In this document: positions 58,233-64,000 of the stretch, piece by piece | How positions within the stretch are numbered: the stretch's first letter is position 1 | Layout of the letters: each line of letters begins with the position of its first letter | Origin: Candidatus Poribacteria bacterium | Lineage (GTDB): Bacteria; Poribacteria; WGA-4E; WGA-3G | Direction of reading: 5' to 3' | Assembly: GCA_964291315.2 (NCBI GenBank) | Contig: OZ219753.1 | Location: 2,208,001 to 2,272,000, forward strand | DNA: 64,000 nt | Notes under the pieces: generated by a model | Told to the model about the DNA's origin: nothing | The model's input: only the letters and a program-made list of their open reading frames with translations | Database searches by the model: none | Made by a program: the position numbers and the translations under genes

Positions 58233-59357
58233 TACCGCGTAAGCGACAGAACCGTCCTCACGCAAAGGTGTTATGCCGGTATTCATAGGCTGATAACGGG
58301 TTTTCTCGATTAAACTATCGTCCAGCTCAATACCCAGCCCCGGGGCTTCAGGAATTGGAATATGACCGCCTTCCCGTCGGTATGCGACTTTATACACAGC
58401 GCATGCCTCAGATTCATCACTTTTCGTATACTCTTGTGTAATAAAGTTTGGAATACTTGTATCCAAGTGAAGCGATGCAGCAGTAATAAGCGGTCCCAGG
58501 AAGTTATGTGTGACAACAGCGCTGTGATATGCCTCGGCAAGCGCTGCAATTTTCTTACAGTGTGTTATACCACCTGCCAACCCGAGATCGGGGCGCACGT
58601 ATTGTGGGCCGCCTGCCTCGAGGAGCTCACGGAATTCCCATATGCTTACGTTGCGTTCGCCGACGGCGAGAGGGGTTGTCATCCGTTTTGCTAATTCCGC
58701 TTGTGTTGTTATGGTGTCTATCTGAATCGGGTCTTCGATAAAATAGAGATTAAAGGGGGCTAACGCCGATTCTAAGACGATACTATTCATAGGTGTCAGT
58801 TTCCGATGCACCTCAACAATCAGATCAAGATCCGGTCCGCCCCCGTCACGCGCCGCGGCAACGATATCGCGTGCTGTTTTGACGAGTCGATCGACTGCCA
58901 TATCTTGGAAGCCACCCACCAAAGGGTCAAATTTGAGTGCTGTGAAGCCTTCTTGGACAGCAGCTTTTGCTGCTTCATACATTTTCTCCGGTGTACTCCC
59001 GCCGCCGAGAAGATGCAACCGGATTTTATCACGACAGTTCCCGCCTAACAGCTCCCAGATAGGTACACCGAAATGCTTACCCTTGATGTCCCACAAGGCG
59101 ATGTCCACTGCGCTGATAGCACCGCTTAGTGCAGTTCCACGGAACGGCCCCATGCGATAGAGGTACTGCCAGTGGTGCTCAACCCGCAACGGATTCTTTC
59201 CGATCAGGTGTTTCTTAAACGTATTCACGATGCTATCAACAGCCTCTGGATAGCCCCAACAGGCGGTCTGTCCGACACCACTGATACCTGTATCGGTATA
59301 AATCCGAATCACGTAGCCGTTCCCTACGAAAAATGACTCAATTTTATCAATCTTCAT
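58230..59357 (-). CDS. Enolase-superfamily (mandelate racemase/galactonate dehydratase-like) acid-sugar dehydratase
   Basis: SAVDIALWDIKGK, KFD, EVH, FIEDP, GER, HN and PGLG motifs. Confidence 0.92.
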   Translation of the reverse strand: MKIDKIESFFVGNGYVIRIYTDTGISGVGQTACWGYPEAVDSIVNTFKKHLIGKNPLRVEHHWQYLYRMGPFRGTALSGAISAVDIALWDIKGKHFGVPIWELLGGNCRDKIRLHLLGGGSTPEKMYEAAKAAVQEGFTALKFDPLVGGFQDMAVDRLVKTARDIVAAARDGGGPDLDLIVEVHRKLTPMNSIVLESALAPFNLYFIEDPIQIDTITTQAELAKRMTTPLAVGERNVSIWEFRELLEAGGPQYVRPDLGLAGGITHCKKIAALAEAYHSAVVTHNFLGPLITAASLHLDTSIPNFITQEYTKSDESEACAVYKVAYRREGGHIPIPEAPGLGIELDDSLIEKTRYQPMNTGITPLREDGSVAYAV

Positions 59358-59488
59358 ATATCGCTCCTGCCTTTTGACAGCAAGTTTTGGATACCCACGA
59401 GATGCATCAAAAGGTGATTTTTATTTTTCATATTGTATCACAAGCCCGCGAATTTAACAATAGAGAAATATCAAGACCAATCAAACAG

Positions 59489-59517
59489 TTGACACAAATT
59501 TGTGGGCGTGTTAATAT
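59489..59517 (+). promoter_or_regulatory. Sigma70-like promoter with the palindrome CACAAATTTGTG overlapping the -35 box and spacer
   Basis: TTGACA-17 bp-TAATAT with a TGn extension. Confidence 0.55.
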
Positions 59518-59596
59518 AGTGGGAAGTTTCGCAAATCGGAAATAGGATAACGAATACTTAAAAAACAACGGAAAATGAGAGTCTGCATTAATGAAA

Positions 59597-59700
59597 GCAT
59601 CAGTAATCGGTTAAGAAAGGTTTGGTATATTAAACCGCACTTTCTGCTATAGACAGCTGAAAGTGAGCCTATTAAACGTCCTGACAACCGATAGATAATC
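59597..59700. repeat. Heptamer-ended intergenic element
   Basis: Left end GCATCAGTAATCGGTTAAGAAAG and right end CTGACAACCGATA. Confidence 0.5.
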
Positions 59701-59714
59701 AATTGGAGGGAAAT

Positions 59715-60527
59715 ATGATCAATCCAACACAGGTTGACACTTTTCGTGAAAAAGGGTTTCTTCTTGGAAGCCGTGTCCTAAGCAACGAACAGATTGAGGA
59801 ATTGCGGGCAGAATTGGCACGCGTCATTGATAGCTACGAAAAACCTGACGTTCCGCAGCCTGTACGTATTGCGAACCTCGGAGGTAAAGCAGATAGCCCG
59901 GTTTGGCAGATCGTCAATATTTGGGAGGCGAGTGCTGCCTATCATCGCCTTATTCACAACCCAGTCATTGTCGAAGAGATCGGACAACTTATGTCAGCAA
60001 CAGAATTGCGGGTCTGGCACGACCAGATTCAGTACAAACCTGCGAAAGTTGGAGGCGTAAATATGTGGCATCAGGATTCACCTTATTGGCCAATACTGAC
60101 CCCCAAAACAAGTCAGGTAACGGCTTGGGTCGCGCTGGATGATGTTGATGAAAGTAACGGGTGTATGCGTATGATTCCCGGCTCCTACCATTGGGGCAAT
60201 CAGATCCCGTTTCTGCATTCGATCAAGGATATTCATTCAATGCCCGATTACTTTGAAGATAAAGAATTGAAGATAGAACTTTGTCCTGTGCCAAAAGGTC
60301 ATGTTCATTACCATCATTCTCTAACATGGCACGGTTCGCACGACAACACCAGTGGAAATCCGCGCCGCGCAATCGCGGTGCATTATATGACAGGTGAGAC
60401 ACAATATGATGCCAGCGGCAACCATGTCATGAAGCCTTTTGTAACAGTCAATGATGGTGATAAATTGGCGGGTGAACACTTTCCTCTTGTGATGGAGGCC
60501 GGGATCCCGACGAATCCCAATTTGTAG
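59715..60527 (+). CDS. PhyH-family phytanoyl-CoA dioxygenase-like protein
   Basis: WHQD, WVALDD...NGCM...PGS and WHGS...RRA motifs give a canonical HxD...H triad. Confidence 0.92.
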   Translation: MINPTQVDTFREKGFLLGSRVLSNEQIEELRAELARVIDSYEKPDVPQPVRIANLGGKADSPVWQIVNIWEASAAYHRLIHNPVIVEEIGQLMSATELRVWHDQIQYKPAKVGGVNMWHQDSPYWPILTPKTSQVTAWVALDDVDESNGCMRMIPGSYHWGNQIPFLHSIKDIHSMPDYFEDKELKIELCPVPKGHVHYHHSLTWHGSHDNTSGNPRRAIAVHYMTGETQYDASGNHVMKPFVTVNDGDKLAGEHFPLVMEAGIPTNPNL

Positions 60528-60684
60528 TGAATTAAATATGAACTGCTGCACCCTACGTCTATGCAGGCACAAAATAGGGAAGAGGCCATTTCTAATCTAA
60601 CGGCGGTTTTATTACTTTTAGATCATTGCCGACAACGGAGGCAACAACCAGACTTAATCCACAAAAAATGAATTGGAGAAAAAT

Positions 60685-62319
60685 ATGAAAGTTGTTGATG
60701 CAGTTGCAAAAGTCCTTAAAGCCGAGGGGGTAGAGTACCTTTTTGCCTATCCGGTCAACCCGATAATCGAGGCGGCGGCGAAGTTGGACATACGGCCCAT
60801 TATCGTCAGACAAGAACGGATTGGACTTCACATGGCGGACGCGATGAGCCGAATGACTTCCGGGGAAAAGATTGGTGTGTTCTGTATGCAAAGCGGACCC
60901 GGCTCGGAAAACGCATTCGGCGGAGTCGCCCAAGCCTACGGTGATTCCGCACCCATTGTGGTTCTGCCGGGCGGCTATTCCCGAAACATAACCCAGATCC
61001 AACCGAACTTCAATTCTGCTCTGAACTATCGGCACGTAACAAAGTCGTGTGAACAGGTGACGGTGCCTGAAGCTGTTCCAGAAGCTATGCGGCGTGCTTT
61101 TACTCAAGTCCGGAACGGCAGACCGCGCCCTGCACTTGTTGAATTTCCGTCAGATCTGTTTAATGAGGAGATTTCTGACTCCTTTAAACCGACCCCTGTT
61201 CCGACAGTACGCTACGGACCTGATAGTGGTTCAATTGAAGCCGCCGCAGAGACACTGCTTGATGCCGAATGTCCTATTATCTACGCGGGACAAGGGGTGC
61301 ATTACGCGCAAGCATGGGACGCATTAAAAGAACTAGCGGAGCTGCTCAGCGCACCTGTGACAACAAGCTTGGGCGGCAAAAGCGCATTTCCTGAAGATCA
61401 CCCGTTAGCTCTTGGTTCCGGGGGGCGTGCTGTCCCGAAACCGGTACATCACTTTCTCCAGAAAACGGACCTGATTTTCGGTGTCGGATGCAGCTTCACT
61501 CGAACTGGTTTTGGTATTAGGATTCCCGAAGGCAAACGAGTCATCCACGCCACATTAGATCCAGCAGATATGAACAAGGATGTCCCTGTCGAAACTGCCC
61601 TCATTGGCGATGCCGGTCTAATCTTGGATGGATTAGTAGAAGCTGTTCTCGATCGCTCTAACGGCGCATCTAAGGATCACAGAGCTGCCGTCACTCAAGA
61701 AATCAGTGCTGTTAAGACTGAATGGCTAGAACAGTGGAAACCTAAACTTACCTCTGACGCAGTACCGATGACTCCCTACCGCGTCATTTGGGATCTGCTG
61801 CACACCGTCGATGTCAAAAACACGATTATTACGCACGATGCCGGAAGTCCACGCGATCAAATGTCGCCGTTCTGGCAGTCTGTTGCACCGCTCACCTATA
61901 TCGGTTGGGGTAAGACGACACAGCTCGGTTACGGTCTTGGACTCGCGATGGGAGCGAAACTCGCCAAACCAGATCACCTCTGTATCAACGTCTGGGGCGA
62001 TGCCGCTATCGGTTTCACCGGTATGGACTTCGAAACTGCTGTGCGAGAAAGAATCCCAATTTTGTCAGTGCTTTTCAATAATTTCTCCATGGCAATTGAG
62101 ATCCCGATTATGCCTGTCTCCACCGAGAAATACCGTTCTACAGACATCTCTGGGCACTACGCAGATATGGCGAAAGCGTTCGGTGGCTACGGCGAGCGGG
62201 TTGAAACACCAGATCAGATTATTCCAGCTATCCAACGCGGGATCCAGAAAACACAAGAAGGTGTACCGGCTCTCCTTGAGTTTATCACCGCAAAAGAAAT
62301 TCAGATTTCCAGTTTCTAA
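60685..62319 (+). CDS. Thiamine-pyrophosphate-requiring enzyme (acetolactate-synthase-like)
   Basis: RQER, GPGSEN and the GDAAIG...NN TPP-binding motif. Confidence 0.93.
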   Translation: MKVVDAVAKVLKAEGVEYLFAYPVNPIIEAAAKLDIRPIIVRQERIGLHMADAMSRMTSGEKIGVFCMQSGPGSENAFGGVAQAYGDSAPIVVLPGGYSRNITQIQPNFNSALNYRHVTKSCEQVTVPEAVPEAMRRAFTQVRNGRPRPALVEFPSDLFNEEISDSFKPTPVPTVRYGPDSGSIEAAAETLLDAECPIIYAGQGVHYAQAWDALKELAELLSAPVTTSLGGKSAFPEDHPLALGSGGRAVPKPVHHFLQKTDLIFGVGCSFTRTGFGIRIPEGKRVIHATLDPADMNKDVPVETALIGDAGLILDGLVEAVLDRSNGASKDHRAAVTQEISAVKTEWLEQWKPKLTSDAVPMTPYRVIWDLLHTVDVKNTIITHDAGSPRDQMSPFWQSVAPLTYIGWGKTTQLGYGLGLAMGAKLAKPDHLCINVWGDAAIGFTGMDFETAVRERIPILSVLFNNFSMAIEIPIMPVSTEKYRSTDISGHYADMAKAFGGYGERVETPDQIIPAIQRGIQKTQEGVPALLEFITAKEIQISSF

Positions 62320-62485
62320 TTAGCTGTCGGTTGTCGGTTAAGAGGCATCTCGTAAAGATCTACCCAAATTTTGCCCACATGTGGCAAAATTTGGGCTTTG
62401 CTTACGCTCTTCGTGTACGCTGGAAAGAGACACATTGTTCTGATGCCCCTCTTTAACTGAAGATTGATAACCTATAACTGACACC
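62320..62485. repeat. Heptamer-ended, self-complementary intergenic element (best-preserved copy)
   Basis: TAGCTGTCGGTTGTCGGTTAAGAGGCATC ... GATGCCCCTCTTTAACTGAAGATTGATAACC. Inner perfect 12-bp arms CCCAAATTTTGC/GCAAAATTTGGG lie at 62363-62395. Confidence 0.7.
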
Positions 62486-62509
62486 TCTTAAAAAAGGAGT
62501 TCACTCACT

Positions 62510-63280
62510 ATGAAACCTGCAATCGCAGTTCTTTCCCTCATCTTCCTGAGCTTTAGTGTGAAGGCAGCGGCAATAAACGATGACAAAGCATTGGTGCTGT
62601 ACTTCACTTTTGATGAAGACAACGGTGGCAAAGTGAAAGATATAAGCGGAAATAATATCGAAGGCACCCTTGAGGGTGCAGTCTGGTCGAAAGATGGTAA
62701 AATCGGTGGTGCTGTTCATCTTGAAGATTCTGAGCAGTTTGTAGAGGTCGATGCGCTTCCCGAACTCGACATCACGGATGAACTGACAATTCAGGCTTGG
62801 TTTTTCCCAGAAGAATCTCAAGATGACTCTAACCTAATGGGACGTAGGAGCTCCGCGAATGTCGGTGGTTATTGTCTTCAGTGGAGTGCACAGTTCACGG
62901 GGGCTCCGCAAATTGAGACATGGATCAACATCGGAGGATGGCAAGGATCCCGGAACAAACAGACTATTAAGCCCGATTTGGAGAAATGGCACCATGTCTC
63001 TTCGACCTTCGACGGGGAGATGATCCGCCAATACATTGATGGCAAATTAGATGTCGAATTCGCACCACCAAAAGGTAAAATTAGCAGCATCGATGCAGTT
63101 TTTCGCATCGGCAAAGCACAAACAGATCTCCCGGGAATGGTCGGTTTAGTTGATGAGGTGGCCATCTATAACCGCGCACTTACTCTTGATGAGATCAACC
63201 AAGACATGCAAAACGGAGTCTACTTTGCCGTATCTCCGAAGCAAAAACTCACCACAACGTGGGGTAGACTGAAAATGTAA
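62510..63280 (+). CDS. Secreted LamG domain protein with C-terminal AVSP..KLTTTWG.LK motif
   Basis: SD AAGGAG, signal peptide, and YFTFDE, KWHHV..TFDG and DEVAIYNRAL motifs. Confidence 0.88.
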   Translation: MKPAIAVLSLIFLSFSVKAAAINDDKALVLYFTFDEDNGGKVKDISGNNIEGTLEGAVWSKDGKIGGAVHLEDSEQFVEVDALPELDITDELTIQAWFFPEESQDDSNLMGRRSSANVGGYCLQWSAQFTGAPQIETWINIGGWQGSRNKQTIKPDLEKWHHVSSTFDGEMIRQYIDGKLDVEFAPPKGKISSIDAVFRIGKAQTDLPGMVGLVDEVAIYNRALTLDEINQDMQNGVYFAVSPKQKLTTTWGRLKM

Positions 63281-63356
63281 GGCACATCTATTTGAAACGT
63301 TTTCCTGATCTTCCTATTGGAAACTTGATTCGCGAAGGCGTGAAAAGACACAAAAT

Positions 63357-63989
63357 TCATGGCAGCTCAGGCACAACTGCTTTAAGGGCGTTTTCTTCCG
63401 CCGCAAAACCCTTGAGTTCTGGATTGAGCCTTACCGCTTGTGTGAGCGAGTTTAACGCCTTTTCTGATTCCCCCTCTAAGGCATAGGCACACGCAAGGTT
63501 GTAGTGGAGTAGGGCAGTTTCCGGGAAAGCCTGAAGGGCACGTAGACACGAGACACGGGCATCAGTAGGTAAATTTTGCCGAAGATACGCAGTGGTAAGG
63601 TTAACGTAACCCTCGACTATAGCGGGGGCCATTTCAATCACTTTTTTAAAGTTGGCGATTGCTTCAGCGTACGCTTCAACGTACAGGTACGCCTGCCCAA
63701 GGTTGTTGTAAACAGAAGGTTCCTCCGCAAAGAAAATCGTACGTCTTTTATTTTTGATTGCCTTTTGATACGATTCGATTGCCACTTCCGCTTCACCGTT
63801 GCGCATCAGAAAAGCTGCCTCCCGATAGTGGTCGTTAAACTGGGTTTGGTGATGCCAGACCCAAAGAAATAGCACCGTCACCGCAAGGCAGAACGTCATA
63901 CAGGCAACTCTAAAAACTTTATTGCCGGATATTTGTCCCTCTTCCTCTGTAGGTGAATTTTCTGTAGTCTGATTTTTGTTAGAAGTCAT
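63357..63989 (-). CDS. Membrane-anchored TPR protein
   Basis: N-terminal TM helix followed by TPR repeats (YNNLGQAY, YVNLTTAY, YNLACAYA). Confidence 0.85.
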   Translation of the reverse strand: MTSNKNQTTENSPTEEEGQISGNKVFRVACMTFCLAVTVLFLWVWHHQTQFNDHYREAAFLMRNGEAEVAIESYQKAIKNKRRTIFFAEEPSVYNNLGQAYLYVEAYAEAIANFKKVIEMAPAIVEGYVNLTTAYLRQNLPTDARVSCLRALQAFPETALLHYNLACAYALEGESEKALNSLTQAVRLNPELKGFAAEENALKAVVPELP

Positions 63990-64000
63990 ATTTTTAACTC

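Noticed and set aside
60528-60684. TPP riboswitch upstream of the TPP enzyme
   Set aside because: The conserved CUGAGA core and aptamer stems were not found.

Overview
This is a bacterial window of about 48-50% GC (estimated by eye). Several traits together suggest Candidatus Poribacteria (inference): NYPNPFNPETWIPY-type C-terminal Ig domains, dockerin-like repeats, LamG proteins ending in a TTWGxxK motif, and multiple PhyH dioxygenases. In order, the window holds: a surface-polysaccharide cluster with four sulfotransferases, a flippase, a Wzy-like protein, a clan GH-A hydrolase and Wzi (1-13.6 kb); a duplicated, recombined locus of secreted FGE/C-lectin-fold proteins with a stand-alone C-terminal-domain protein and gene relics (15.3-21.8 kb); an unannotated SelW-like selenoprotein; lpxI-lpxA-lpxC/fabZ, mltG and ruvX; a putative type II R-M pair; pspA-like, ABC and metabolic genes; a type III R-M system; and a PorV-like barrel gene whose best start is ACG. 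Next is an operon with a second hidden selenoprotein (lipoprotein with a UxxC peroxiredoxin-like domain), a frameshifted Tat-DUF362 gene and a small CxGGxC lipoprotein, followed by catabolic genes. A family of heptamer-ended intergenic elements is dispersed through the window. No rRNA, tRNA, CRISPR array, transposase, integrase or reverse transcriptase was recognised. All family assignments come from motif recognition by eye, not database searches.
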